A DNA stretch of 32,000 nt. It comes from Vulcanisaeta distributa DSM 14429. GTDB taxonomy: Archaea; Thermoproteota; Thermoprotei; Thermoproteales; Thermocladiaceae. Within the stretch, counting starts at the first letter, position 1. Every line of letters starts with the position of its first letter. Under the pieces are notes generated by a model that searched no databases, was not told the origin of the DNA, and worked only from the letters and a program-made list of their open reading frames with translations. The stretch is from the NCBI RefSeq assembly GCF_000148385.1, contig NC_014537.1, positions 2,340,001 to 2,372,000 on the forward strand, given 5' to 3'. Of this stretch, positions 1-9,273 are shown in pieces. Position numbers and translations under genes: made by a program.

Positions 1-53
1 GACCTAGTTAAGTCCTAAAGTCTAAATAAGGAGTAAATGTGTAATCCCTTAGT

Positions 54-1157
54 ATGGGTAAACTCCCACTTGAGGGTATTGAGGTAATTGATTTAACGCA
101 CTCTGCCGCAGGTCCTTTCGCAACGTCAATACTCGGCGACTTAGGTGCCGAGGTTATTAAGGTCGAGTCGCCTGAGGGTGACATGACTAGGACATGGGGC
201 CACGTGATTAGGGATAACGTTAGTACGTATTACCTGGCTATGAATAGGAATAAGCACGTGGTTAGACTTGACCTAAAGAATGTGGATGATAGGAATAGGC
301 TTTATGAGATGGTTAAGAGCGCTGACGTGCTTATTGAGAATTATAGGCCTGGCGTTGCCGAGAGACTCGGCGTTGATTATGGCTCGGTGAGTAAGATCAA
401 TCCGAGGATTATTTATGTGTCAATTAAGGGCTTCATGCCCGGCAGTGAGTATGAGGATTACCCTGCCTTTGATGTCGTTATTCAGGGCATGAGTGGTTTA
501 ATGAGTGTCACGGGTTGTGAGGATGGGACTTTTGTTAAGGTTGGTGTTCCAATAACTGACATGGTGACTGGCTTCTTCTCGGTAATAGCAATACTATCTG
601 CGCTCAGAATTAGGGATAGGGAGGGTAAGGGCGTTAGGATTACCGTACCAATGCTGGATTCGGCTCTATACGTAATGGGTATACACATCCTTTATTACCT
701 CTTCACGGGCAATGTGCCAAGGCCGTTGGGCACTAAGTATATGAGTGTTGTTGCTCCTTACCAGGGCTTCAGGGCTAGGGATGGTAAGATGTTCATACTC
801 GCCGTGGGTAATGACAGGATATGGAGGAAATTCTGTGAGGTCATTGGTAAGCCTGAATTAGCGGATGATCCTAGGTTTAGGACTAATCCTGACAGGGTTA
901 GGAATCAGGATGAACTTGAGAAGATATTGCAGGAAATATTCCTTACCAAGGATAGGGATTACTGGGTAAACTTATTCCTAAGTAATGGAATACCCGCTGG
1001 GCCTGTTTACGACATGGCTGATATAGCAAAAGATCCCTATGTAAGTAAGTACGTATTAACTGAGATAAACCATCCTGAATTAGGCGCTGTAAAGCTTGTT
1101 AGGAATCCCATCAGGTTTAATGATGAATCCATAGGCATTAGGCTCCTTGAGTATTAA
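54..1157 (+). CDS. Family III CoA-transferase (CaiB/BaiF / formyl-CoA transferase-like)
   Basis: 367-aa ORF. The blocks LEGIEVIDLTHSAAGPFATSILGDLGAEVIKVESPEGD, YYLAMNRNK and ENYRPGVAERLG are typical of family III CoA-transferases. Substrate cannot be assigned. Confidence 0.85.
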   Translation: MGKLPLEGIEVIDLTHSAAGPFATSILGDLGAEVIKVESPEGDMTRTWGHVIRDNVSTYYLAMNRNKHVVRLDLKNVDDRNRLYEMVKSADVLIENYRPGVAERLGVDYGSVSKINPRIIYVSIKGFMPGSEYEDYPAFDVVIQGMSGLMSVTGCEDGTFVKVGVPITDMVTGFFSVIAILSALRIRDREGKGVRITVPMLDSALYVMGIHILYYLFTGNVPRPLGTKYMSVVAPYQGFRARDGKMFILAVGNDRIWRKFCEVIGKPELADDPRFRTNPDRVRNQDELEKILQEIFLTKDRDYWVNLFLSNGIPAGPVYDMADIAKDPYVSKYVLTEINHPELGAVKLVRNPIRFNDESIGIRLLEY

Positions 1158-1558
1158 GTCGTGTTAATGGTCCTCTTCCAAGCATTAATAAGCTCCTCGG
1201 GGCATGGTACGGCCCTTAGCTCACCACCCTCATTACTAACGCAGGTGAATACTAGGTAACCCTCGGCAGCATTTTTACCGGATGTCTCATTGATTATCCT
1301 AAACCTGTACTTAATCGCCCTAGTCCTCGCCTCATCAAGCCACAACTCAACCACCGCGACATCACCCCTCCTTAACGGTGCCGTGTAGGTTATGAAGAGC
1401 TCCCTGCGTGGTGCAATTGAATGATAATGAAGTATACCATTCTCCCTATAAAAATCCTCCTCAGCTCGCTCAACAAGCCTTAGGAATGACGTGAAATGCG
1501 CAATACCAGCCGCATCCGTATCGACCCAATAAATATAATATCTAGCCCTAAATGGCAT
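1154..1558 (-). CDS. Hotdog-fold acyl-CoA thioesterase (4HBT/YbgC-like)
   Basis: 134-aa ORF. N-terminal YYIYWVDTDAAGIAHFTSFLRLVERAEEDFYRENG resembles the 4-hydroxybenzoyl-CoA thioesterase family. Its stop overlaps the convergent CoA-transferase stop within TTAA (1154-1157). Confidence 0.7.
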   Translation of the reverse strand: MPFRARYYIYWVDTDAAGIAHFTSFLRLVERAEEDFYRENGILHYHSIAPRRELFITYTAPLRRGDVAVVELWLDEARTRAIKYRFRIINETSGKNAAEGYLVFTCVSNEGGELRAVPCPEELINAWKRTINTT

Positions 1559-1599
1559 TTCACGATTAGTTAAATGCCATACTTATTAAGTATTAGTTC

Positions 1600-2196
1600 A
1601 TGCAGATTAATGTGGATTGCATACCCAAGGACTTAATTAATGAGATAATTAACATGTTTAGAAATGCATATGCAATATATGTATACGGTGGTTCGCTTGA
1701 TTGCAGCGGTGGCGATATTGATATTGCGGTGTTCATGGAAGAACCACCCAGGGAAATTCCTATGATTGGGAATAATGTGGATTTACAAGTCTTTAAAAGG
1801 CCACGTAACACACTATTCTTCGTTTACGTAATTAAGACAGGCCAATTAATATATGGTAATCCATTAGACATTGACATTAATGCATCCATTAGGAATGAGT
1901 TGGAGATGGTTGATGAGAGGGAGTTCCTATTCCTCAATAGTGATGATGAGGTTGTGGTATGTAAATCCCTCAAGGAGTTAATGTTTCTCCTCGCCGCAAT
2001 TAAGTGCGGTATTCATGGATCAAGTAATTGGTATAAAATGGTCAATTGCTTAAGTGGTCTCGGTATAAATGTACCTACTGAATTCAAGCATTGCCTAAAC
2101 CCGCCAAGCATAGATGTGCTCCGAAACGTTGGTAAGCCTGTGCTGATTAGGATAATTCAGGAACTTAGGGCCATCAGGCAGAGTTATGGGTTATGA
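1600..2196 (+). CDS. Nucleotidyltransferase-fold protein (Pol-beta/MNT-like N-terminal domain)
   Basis: YVYGGSLDCSGGDIDIAVF matches the G-S...D-x-D minimal nucleotidyltransferase signature. The C-terminal ~100 aa are unassigned. The start could instead be ATG 1651. Confidence 0.55.
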   Translation: MQINVDCIPKDLINEIINMFRNAYAIYVYGGSLDCSGGDIDIAVFMEEPPREIPMIGNNVDLQVFKRPRNTLFFVYVIKTGQLIYGNPLDIDINASIRNELEMVDEREFLFLNSDDEVVVCKSLKELMFLLAAIKCGIHGSSNWYKMVNCLSGLGINVPTEFKHCLNPPSIDVLRNVGKPVLIRIIQELRAIRQSYGL

Positions 2197-2206
2197 TCAC
2201 TCAGTT

Positions 2207-2240
2207 TTATTAATAATCAATTCCCACTGATTATTAATAA
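2207..2240. repeat. Perfect 13-bp inverted repeat (ttattaataatca / tgattattaataa) with an 8-nt spacer
   Basis: Read directly. 2207-2219 is the reverse complement of 2228-2240. It lies 11 nt after the stop of the NTase gene and upstream of the ACT-domain gene. Confidence 0.6.
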
Positions 2241-2286
2241 ATATTAAATTAGTAATACCTTTAAGTACGTACTTTAGGTATACCTC

Positions 2287-2886
2287 ATGGTTTGGCTACT
2301 AGTAAGTATTTCAAGGGATAGGCCAGGTCTACTTAACGACATTACCGGTGTGATTAGGTCTCGGAATTTAAACATAAGAAATATCGTAGGTAATAACTAT
2401 GCGATTCTCATTGAGGTTGATGGTGAGGTAAATAATGAGTTATTGAATAATGTTAGTAATGTTGATGGGGTTAACACGGTAAATATGGTAAATTTACCGT
2501 TTACAATACTTGGATTTATACAGGAGAATTTCATGAGGGCATTGGTTTTCTACGTAATGGAGAGGGAGCCTGAGTTGATCGAGCGTCTTGGTTATGAGTA
2601 TGGTAAGGAATTAATGAGGTACATATTGAATTCAATGAGGGACTTTAGGGACGCTCTTTACTCCTCATTAAGAATACTCACGGCGCTTGGAGTCATAGCC
2701 CTAGTTAACGTGCAATTCATGCCGAATAAGACCGTGATCTCTATAGCGAAGTCCTTCGATGAGGATATTGGGATGCCTATGACAAAGGGAATAATAAGGG
2801 GATTATTCGAGGCCGTGGATAATATTAAACGCAGAATTAGTGTTAGTAAGGTGAATCAGGGCACTTATAATTTCATCATAACATGA
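2287..2886 (+). CDS. ACT-domain-containing protein (C-terminal domain unassigned)
   Basis: N-terminal LLVSISRDRPGLLNDITGVIRSRNLNIRNI...ILIEVDG is an ACT-type small-ligand-binding pattern. The rest was not recognised. Confidence 0.5.
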   Translation: MVWLLVSISRDRPGLLNDITGVIRSRNLNIRNIVGNNYAILIEVDGEVNNELLNNVSNVDGVNTVNMVNLPFTILGFIQENFMRALVFYVMEREPELIERLGYEYGKELMRYILNSMRDFRDALYSSLRILTALGVIALVNVQFMPNKTVISIAKSFDEDIGMPMTKGIIRGLFEAVDNIKRRISVSKVNQGTYNFIIT

Positions 2887-2903
2887 TATAAGGCATGAAA
2901 TGC

Positions 2904-2910
2904 TTATAAA
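2904..2910 (+). promoter_or_regulatory. TATA-like box (ttataaa) for the L14e gene
   Basis: Lies within atgcTTATAAAgcc, centred ~25 nt upstream of ATG 2932. The same spacing recurs at many genes in this window. Confidence 0.4.
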
Positions 2911-2931
2911 GCCTTACATTATCCGTGCTTG

Positions 2932-3237
2932 ATGCCTAGGGTTTTCGATATTGGTAGGGTGTGCGTGAAGGTTGCAGGTAGGGAGGCTGGTAGGAAGTGC
3001 GTTATTGTGGATATTAAGGATGAGAACTTCGTAATAATAACGGGGCCTAAGTCCCTAACGGGCGTTAAGAGAAGGGCCGTTAATGTCAAGCACATTGAAC
3101 CAACGGAGTATAAGATAAACATTAAGAGGGGTGCCAGTGATGAGGAGGTTCTCAAGGCGCTTGAGGAGGCTAACCTGATTGATTATATGAAGCAGGTTAT
3201 TAAGCCTAAATTGGGCATGGTACCAACGCAGCAGTAA
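2932..3237 (+). CDS. rpl14e: 50S ribosomal protein L14e
   Basis: [41 protein letters not shown] is the KOW-containing L14e signature. ATG 2932 is preferred over TTG 2929 on TATA spacing. Confidence 0.9.
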   Translation: MPRVFDIGRVCVKVAGREAGRKCVIVDIKDENFVIITGPKSLTGVKRRAVNVKHIEPTEYKINIKRGASDEEVLKALEEANLIDYMKQVIKPKLGMVPTQQ

Positions 3238-3326
3238 TAATCAGCCGGTTCAATTTCTTCATCAATTCAATGCTCGAGGCTCACTCATCACCTAGAACTT
3301 AGATACGATTTACTTTTCTCTCATTT

Positions 3327-4517
3327 TTAAAGGAATTCCTTAACCTCACTCGGGTCCTTTGCATGCTCCACAGCAACCCTCTCGTTTAGTTCCACCCCAA
3401 GGCCTGGTCTCCTGGGTGGTGTTATATAGCCCTCCTTTATGATCATGCCCTCCTTAACCATGTCGGGCCACCAGGGCAGGTCAATGGCGTGCCACTCAAT
3501 GGCTATGAAGTCCCCTATTGTGGCTGCCACGTGGGCATTGGCCATCGTCCCTATTGGGCTTGAGATGTTATGTATAGCCACCGGCACGTAATACTCCTCG
3601 GCTAGGTAGGCTATCTTCTTCATTTCAAGTAAACCACCGAGTCTTTGCACATCCGGGTGTATTATGTCCGTAGCCTCCTTCTCAATCAACTCCCTAAACT
3701 GCGACAACCTATATAGCTTCTCACCAGTGGCTATGGGCACCGGTGACTTAAGCCTGACCTCCCTCATGGCATCAATATTCTCAGGCGGTACCGGATCCTC
3801 AAACCAGAACACATCGTACTTAGCCAGCTCCCTGGCTATGGCTATGGCTGTGGGTACGCTGAATGCCCAATGCCCATCAATCATTATATCAACGTCGTAC
3901 TTAACGGCATCTCTAACGCCACCTATGAATGACGTAACGAACTTAACAATCCTCATGCCGAAGGTCCTATCGAACTCGGTCTCCATCATTTTCTCCGGCA
4001 CATCAACATCGAACTTAATGTACCTAAACCCCATGTTCATGGCCTCCCTAGCCCTCCTTATGTAATTCTCGACGTTATAGGCAACCTCGGTACTGGCAAG
4101 TTCAACCCACCTCTTACCACCAGTCTCAATAATGCCAGCGCCAGCGTGTAGATCCGCATACACAGCAACCCTATCCCTAACCTTACCACCGAGTAATTCA
4201 TAAACCGGCAACCCCGTTAACTTACCCTTCAAGTCCCAAAGGGCTGTCTCCAAACCACTAATTGCATTATTAACAATACCCCACTCTGAGTTTGGTATGT
4301 GCCTCCTAATGAGCCTAAGCAAGTACTCAATATTAACCTCCTTACCCCGAATTAACTCCTCAGCCCTCCTCAAAACCTCCTTAATGCCTGGACCCCTATG
4401 ACACTCACCATAACCAACAAGCCCATTACTAAGCTCAACCTTAACAATAGGCCACTCAAAATTCCCCATGACAGTCAAAACCCTAACAGACTTAATAGTT
4501 GGCTCGCTCATACCCAA
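3327..4517 (-). CDS. Enolase-superfamily enzyme (mandelate racemase/muconate-lactonizing family; sugar-acid dehydratase-like)
   Basis: 396 aa. Contains ALWDLKGKLTGLPVYELLGG, IKFDV, IMIDGHWAF, FWFEDP, PIATGE and IIHPDV blocks typical of the MR/MLE family. Specific substrate unknown. The start could be ATG 4511. Confidence 0.8.
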   Translation of the reverse strand: MGMSEPTIKSVRVLTVMGNFEWPIVKVELSNGLVGYGECHRGPGIKEVLRRAEELIRGKEVNIEYLLRLIRRHIPNSEWGIVNNAISGLETALWDLKGKLTGLPVYELLGGKVRDRVAVYADLHAGAGIIETGGKRWVELASTEVAYNVENYIRRAREAMNMGFRYIKFDVDVPEKMMETEFDRTFGMRIVKFVTSFIGGVRDAVKYDVDIMIDGHWAFSVPTAIAIARELAKYDVFWFEDPVPPENIDAMREVRLKSPVPIATGEKLYRLSQFRELIEKEATDIIHPDVQRLGGLLEMKKIAYLAEEYYVPVAIHNISSPIGTMANAHVAATIGDFIAIEWHAIDLPWWPDMVKEGMIIKEGYITPPRRPGLGVELNERVAVEHAKDPSEVKEFL

Positions 4518-4594
4518 CTGTTCATGAATAAATCATTAATAAACATTTCATCAACTGGTAAAGCATTAATAAGTCACTGCGTCTTTAATTAAGT

Positions 4595-5326
4595 ATGGAG
4601 GTAAACATCATAGGCTTAATAGATAACACGTACTTAAGGCCGTACGGTTCAACTAGGGAAATAGAGGCCCTAATAGAGGATACGGCTAGATACGGTGCCT
4701 ACTCAATAACAATAAACCCAGTATTCCTCAGGTACGCCAGGGAGTACATGGCGCGTAAGGGCTATACCTTCAAGGTGGTTGCCGTGGTCGACTTCCCATT
4801 TGGCGCTGGCACGACGGGGGCCAGGGTAGACGCAATTAAACGTTACTCGCAGTATGCGGACGAACTTGATATCGTAGCCCCAATAGGCCTTGTTAAGTCT
4901 GGGCTTTGGGGTGAGGTTGAGCATGATATAAATACGGTGGTTGAGGCCGCCCATAGGGAGGGTAAGATCATTAAGATAATCGTTGAGGATGCCTACACGA
5001 CGAGGGAGGAGAAGCTCGAGCTTTACAGGATTGTGATGCAGTCTGGGGCGGACTTCATAAAGACGAGTACGGGCTTCGAAGAAAGGGACTATGCGGAGAA
5101 GCTTGGTAATAAGACAGGGGCCCAAATAGAGAATGTGAGGCTCATGGCTGAGCTATCTAGGAAGTATAACCCGAGAATTGGGATTAAGGTCGCGGGTGGC
5201 GTTAGGACTTATCAGCAGGTTCTTGAATTAATGAGGGCGGCGGAGAGGGAGCCTGACCCAATGAGGTTTAGGGTCGGTACTAGCCACATGATGAGTATTA
5301 TCGAGAGCATGAAGGGTATTCACTAG
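4595..5326 (+). CDS. deoC: Deoxyribose-phosphate aldolase
   Basis: IDNTYLRP, VDFPFG, ELDIV, FIKTSTGF and IKVAGGVRT blocks match the class I DeoC aldolase pattern. A TATA-like attaataa is centred ~26 nt upstream. Confidence 0.8.
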   Translation: MEVNIIGLIDNTYLRPYGSTREIEALIEDTARYGAYSITINPVFLRYAREYMARKGYTFKVVAVVDFPFGAGTTGARVDAIKRYSQYADELDIVAPIGLVKSGLWGEVEHDINTVVEAAHREGKIIKIIVEDAYTTREEKLELYRIVMQSGADFIKTSTGFEERDYAEKLGNKTGAQIENVRLMAELSRKYNPRIGIKVAGGVRTYQQVLELMRAAEREPDPMRFRVGTSHMMSIIESMKGIH

Positions 5327-5342
5327 TCAATAGCGAGAAAGC

Positions 5343-5350
5343 TTATAAAA
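5343..5350 (+). promoter_or_regulatory. TATA-like box (ttataaaa) for the S11 gene
   Basis: Lies within aaagcTTATAAAAtg, centred ~27 nt upstream of ATG 5373. Confidence 0.4.
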
Positions 5351-5372
5351 TGAGTAAAAATGCCAACACCGA

Positions 5373-5882
5373 ATGTCAGAGGAAAATATGGAAAAGACCA
5401 CTGGGGAGGTTCAGGGAGAGACACAACAGGCGCAGCCTACATCACCGCAATCAATGCAGTTGCCTGAGATAAAACCAACACAGGTGAGCGGGGCTAGGAA
5501 GCTTAGGTGGGGTGTTGCCTACGTGTACTCCAGCTATAATAATACGATAATAATAATCACGGACCTAACGGGTGCGGAAACCGTTGCGAGGGTTAGTGGT
5601 GGGCAGGTTGTTAAGGCTGATAGGGATAAGCCCAGCCCATACGCGGCAATGATGGCTGCGTACAAGGCCGCTCAAATAGCCATGAGTAGGGGCATTAATG
5701 CAGTGCACATAAAGGTTAAGGCACCTGGTGGTTACGGCCCAAAGACGCCAGGTCCTGGCGCCGCGGCTGCCATTAGGGCTTTGGCCAGGGCTGGTTTGAT
5801 AATTGGTCGTATTGAGGATGTGACGCCAATACCTACGGATACCATTAGGCCACCTGGAGGTAGGCGTGGTAGGAGGGTATAA
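5373..5882 (+). CDS. rps11: 30S ribosomal protein S11 (with ~45-aa Q/E/T-rich N-terminal extension)
   Basis: [25 protein letters not shown]...[16 protein letters not shown]...HIKVKAPGG...[43 protein letters not shown] is an unmistakable archaeal S11. Confidence 0.9.
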   Translation: MSEENMEKTTGEVQGETQQAQPTSPQSMQLPEIKPTQVSGARKLRWGVAYVYSSYNNTIIIITDLTGAETVARVSGGQVVKADRDKPSPYAAMMAAYKAAQIAMSRGINAVHIKVKAPGGYGPKTPGPGAAAAIRALARAGLIIGRIEDVTPIPTDTIRPPGGRRGRRV

Positions 5883-5921
5883 ATCTGTCATTACCTACTT
5901 CCTCCTCTTATCAATTCGGGT

Positions 5922-6566
5922 TTGCGCATCATACGGTATTGGGTGGTTTTTGTGAATTGTGATGGTCCAATCACAGTCCTCATAGGCAGTAGGGAGTTAA
6001 TGGATTACGCAGAGCCCATACTGAGGGATTTCTTCGGTTCAGCATATAGATATGCGAGGGCCGTTGTTGATTATGGAGTTGGTTCTGTGGCACTGGCTGT
6101 TATTAATGAATCGGGCGTTGGCGCTGCCGTTTATTACAGCGTTAACGTTGGTGCAGTTAGATTATGCGTTATTTATTACATAGCCGTTGTTGATGAATGC
6201 AGGGGTTTAGGTATTGGTAAGGTCCTAATGAGTACTATTGAGGAGGTTTGCACGGACTCTGATATCTACATCGCCACTACCTGGTTCGGTAATGAGCCTG
6301 CCGATAGGCTCTATAGGTCGCTGGGTTACGTTGGTTATACATGGGATGAGTTAAGGAGGTTAATTGGTAGGAGGGCCGTTGATAGGCTGCTCAAGGCTAC
6401 CTGTGGTTATGATGACGACATGGCCTACGTAAAGCCTGTTATTGCAGGTAATGATGCATTGGATATTCTTAGACATATCATTGAGGGTGGGGATAACGAT
6501 GTTAATAGGCTTTGGCGCGAAACATGCTTAGGTGTTTGGCTTAGGATTAGGGCTGGTCTTCGGTGA
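5922..6566 (+). CDS. GNAT-family N-acetyltransferase (start uncertain)
   Basis: [22 protein letters not shown] matches GNAT motif A (R/Q-x-x-G-x-G/A). The ORF opens with TTG 5922. GTG 5943/5952 or ATG 6000 are alternative starts. Confidence 0.5.
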   Translation: MRIIRYWVVFVNCDGPITVLIGSRELMDYAEPILRDFFGSAYRYARAVVDYGVGSVALAVINESGVGAAVYYSVNVGAVRLCVIYYIAVVDECRGLGIGKVLMSTIEEVCTDSDIYIATTWFGNEPADRLYRSLGYVGYTWDELRRLIGRRAVDRLLKATCGYDDDMAYVKPVIAGNDALDILRHIIEGGDNDVNRLWRETCLGVWLRIRAGLR

Positions 6567-6627
6567 ACTCCTTGCCTCACCCCTACTTAGTTTTTTAAGT
6601 AATAACCATTTATTTTTAGTGGAGAAT

Positions 6628-7698
6628 ATGCCAAAGGGGAGGAAGAAGGTGCAGGAGCAGGAAGTTGAGGAAGAGAAGGAAGAACCTGTTGAGGAGATCG
6701 AGGATACGGGCGAGGAAGGCGGTGAGAAGGGTACTGTTGTTACGGCAACAGTTAGTGGTTATCCTGTAATTGATGTTGAGGAAATTGAGGGCGTCGGTAG
6801 AGTCACTGCTCAGAAGCTTAGGGAGGCTGGTTATAACACGGCTAGGGACGTGGCCTTCGCGAGTGTCAAGGAGCTTGCCGAGATACTTGGTAGTGAGGAC
6901 AGGGCTAAGCAAATAATTGCCGCTGCCCAGAAGCTCATTGGCTTAACGCCATTCATAACGGCCTACGAGCTTTACGAGAAGAGGAGAGGTATTAGGAGGA
7001 TTAGCACTGGCGTTAAGTCACTTGATGAGCTACTTGGTGGTGGTATTGAGACTAAGGCCATCACGGAGCTCGTTGGTGAGTTCGGTAGTGGTAAGACGCA
7101 GCTTTGTCATCAACTGAGTGTTATGGTTCAATTGCCCGAGGATAAGGGTGGCTTGAAGGCCAAGGCCTTATATGTCGATACCGAGAACACCTTCAGGCCC
7201 GAGAGGATAATGCAGATGGCTAAGTACAGGGGTTTAGATCCGCAGGAGGCCCTTAAGAATATTTTATATGCCAGGGCTTACAACAGTGATCATCAAATGA
7301 TGATTATTGAGGAGAGTAAGAAGATTATTGAGAAGGAGAACATCGGCCTAATAGTCATTGACTCATTGGTAGCCCACTTCAGGAGTGAGTACCCGGGCAG
7401 GGAGAATCTTGCCGAGAGACAGCAGAAGCTTAACCACCACATTGCCCAGCTGCTTAGGATTGCGGATATATACAACGTGGCCGTCGTCGTCACCAACCAA
7501 GTGGTTGCGCAGCCGGATGTCTTCTTCGGGAACCCACTAAAGCCCGCTGGCGGTAATGTAATTGCTCATGGGGCCACGTATAGGGTTTGGCTGAGGAAGG
7601 GTAAGGAGAATGTCAGGATCGCCAAGATTTTTGACTCGCCATACCACCCTGAGAGGGAGGTTACGTTTAGGATCACCGAGGAGGGTGTTGTTGACTAA
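6628..7698 (+). CDS. radA: DNA repair and recombination protein RadA
   Basis: HhH segment [17 protein letters not shown], Walker [17 protein letters not shown] (Walker B) and VVVTNQV blocks. ATG 6628 was chosen because a ttttaag box sits ~30 nt upstream. The track ORF start at 6532 overlaps the preceding gene. Confidence 0.92.
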   Translation: MPKGRKKVQEQEVEEEKEEPVEEIEDTGEEGGEKGTVVTATVSGYPVIDVEEIEGVGRVTAQKLREAGYNTARDVAFASVKELAEILGSEDRAKQIIAAAQKLIGLTPFITAYELYEKRRGIRRISTGVKSLDELLGGGIETKAITELVGEFGSGKTQLCHQLSVMVQLPEDKGGLKAKALYVDTENTFRPERIMQMAKYRGLDPQEALKNILYARAYNSDHQMMIIEESKKIIEKENIGLIVIDSLVAHFRSEYPGRENLAERQQKLNHHIAQLLRIADIYNVAVVVTNQVVAQPDVFFGNPLKPAGGNVIAHGATYRVWLRKGKENVRIAKIFDSPYHPEREVTFRITEEGVVD

Positions 7699-7773
7699 AA
7701 TTAATCGCCATAAAACACTTGCTTAGGTGCATATGTCATACTTCATGATTAAAACTATTTAATTAAGGTAATT

Positions 7774-8142
7774 ATGAGGGTTTTGATGGGCTTTGTTAAG
7801 GTTAGGGCTGGCATATTCAATCCAGCGGCGCCGGAGAGGACTGTGGAGGTTGACGGTATTGTAGATACTGGCGCGATCTATACCGTTATACGTAGAGACA
7901 TACTTGAGGGACTTGGGATAAAACCAAGTAGGAGAAGAAGGTTTAAGGCGTTTGGTGGTTATGTGGAGCGTGATGTTGGTGATGCAGGCCTTATACTCAT
8001 GGGTGAAAGGAGGGTTGTACCCGTAATATTCGGTGAGACTGAGGATACGATGGTGATCGGCGTAACCGCACTCGAGATTTTCGGGCTTGAGGTGGACCCA
8101 GTCAGGGGAACGCTTAAGGAGGCCGAATTACTCCTGCTTTAA
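7774..8142 (+). CDS. Retropepsin-like (clan AA) aspartic protease, single domain
   Basis: 122 aa. VDGIVDTGAIYTVI carries the D-T-G active-site triad in a retropepsin-like context, and VIGVTALE near the C-terminus resembles the second conserved block. Confidence 0.55.
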   Translation: MRVLMGFVKVRAGIFNPAAPERTVEVDGIVDTGAIYTVIRRDILEGLGIKPSRRRRFKAFGGYVERDVGDAGLILMGERRVVPVIFGETEDTMVIGVTALEIFGLEVDPVRGTLKEAELLLL

Positions 8143-8166
8143 TTCCTCCTCCACAATCAATCTTCA

Positions 8167-8610
8167 TTAGAAGATATCGAGTCTCTCAATCAGCGAATCC
8201 TCATCACCCAAGTACTTAATGTCAATCCTCTTCTCAAAACTAATCAACTCAAAGTTAAGCCCTAAATCTCTGGCATACCTATAAACCTCCATCAACTCCT
8301 CCCTACTCGGTCTCCTAGCCAACTCCCTGAATTCTGGGTTGAACCTCGGTGAGTTTGGGTCTGTCTCGTTCTCCGGCCTGTACTGATCCATTATGTTAAC
8401 CAAGACCCCAGGCATGTTATCGGCGATCCACTTAAGCACGGGCTTTGAATCATCCTCGACGTGGCCAGGCATTACCAAGTGCCTAATTATCATGTCCTCA
8501 CCCCAATCATAGACAAGCTTATGATTCCTCGAGACAACCTCGAAGTACCTCGGCACCCTGGATATTCTAAAGGCGCATTTGTCATTGCCGTACTTGAAAT
8601 CAGGGAGCCA
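8167..8610 (-). pseudogene. Radical-SAM activating-enzyme-like gene (PflX/COG1313-type), C-terminal fragment separated from its N-terminal part by an insertion
   Basis: WLPDFKYGNDKCAFRISRVPRYFEVVSRNHKL...HLVMPGHVEDDSKPVLKWIADN...VNIMDQYRPE continues the N-terminal fragment at 10462-11330 in frame. The ORF-track start (MFMIHQSLR, up to 8637) is insertion-derived. Confidence 0.7.
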
Positions 8611-8667
8611 ACGTAAACTTTGGTGAATCATGAACATAAAGCGTACGTGACGTATTTATAAGTTCTA

Positions 8668-9273
8668 ATGAGAATTAGAAGCCGATATTTAGTGATGAGA
8701 ATGGGGAATGCATTTGTAGGACATAATAATGTGGAAGACATCGTATTAATAATAAAGGATAGGTTGAAAAAGGCTATTGGCTCTACACAGTTTAATGACG
8801 TCGAATTTAATGAAAGTAGGTACTTCCTTAAGCAGAAGCTACCTAACAAGACATATGAAATCAGCTTAAACGATCTCGAAAATTTGCGCTTCGTAATGTC
8901 AATTCATAATCACAGTGTCGCTTACATGAATAACTTAGCCCACTTATTGTTAGACGCGCTTGAAGTGGAGCAATATGATGTTGAAGTGACGAGCAGTGAC
9001 GTTAAAATAATACCTAAGGTAAATGATAATGACCTTAAAGATGCATACATAATTGCTTCCTCGATTAACACAGTGATGATATTAATTAGGAATATCTATA
9101 CGGACGTAAAAATAATCAATAGTTCGGGCTTATCAATATTTGATGTAATTCAATCAGTGGCTGGTCTGTTACTCGATGGTTCAGTAGTTAGGGGAAAATT
9201 ACATATACGTCCACAAGTCCAGAGCTGGTTGCCTCTGCCATGCCAATACTTTCTGACTTCGTGTACGCAATAG
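8668..9273 (+). CDS. Insertion-borne hypothetical protein OrfA (no recognisable domain)
   Basis: 201-aa ORF. A TATA-like tttataag at 8655-8662 suggests the real start is ATG 8695 or 8701. N/I/Y/S-rich composition. It overlaps OrfB in the +1-relative frame. Confidence 0.45.
   Translation: MRIRSRYLVMRMGNAFVGHNNVEDIVLIIKDRLKKAIGSTQFNDVEFNESRYFLKQKLPNKTYEISLNDLENLRFVMSIHNHSVAYMNNLAHLLLDALEVEQYDVEVTSSDVKIIPKVNDNDLKDAYIIASSINTVMILIRNIYTDVKIINSSGLSIFDVIQSVAGLLLDGSVVRGKLHIRPQVQSWLPLPCQYFLTSCTQ
9192..9198 (+). promoter_or_regulatory. Candidate -1 ribosomal frameshift slippery heptamer G_GGA_AAA
   Basis: In the OrfA frame the codons are agG GGA AAA (X_XXY_YYZ). The -1 frame (the OrfB frame) is closed by TAG 9189-9191 and opens exactly at 9192. 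Confidence 0.3.

Noticed and set aside
3664-4065. 133-aa plus-strand ORF inside the enolase-superfamily gene
   Set aside because: It is an antisense shadow of a well-supported minus-strand gene. Its composition is low-complexity and S/L/T-rich, with no motif.
6532-6627. Upstream 32-codon extension of the RadA ORF (track start 6532)
   Set aside because: It overlaps the 3' end of the GNAT gene and encodes a hydrophobic, non-RadA-like peptide. A TATA-like box and the ATG at 6628 fit the window-wide promoter spacing better.
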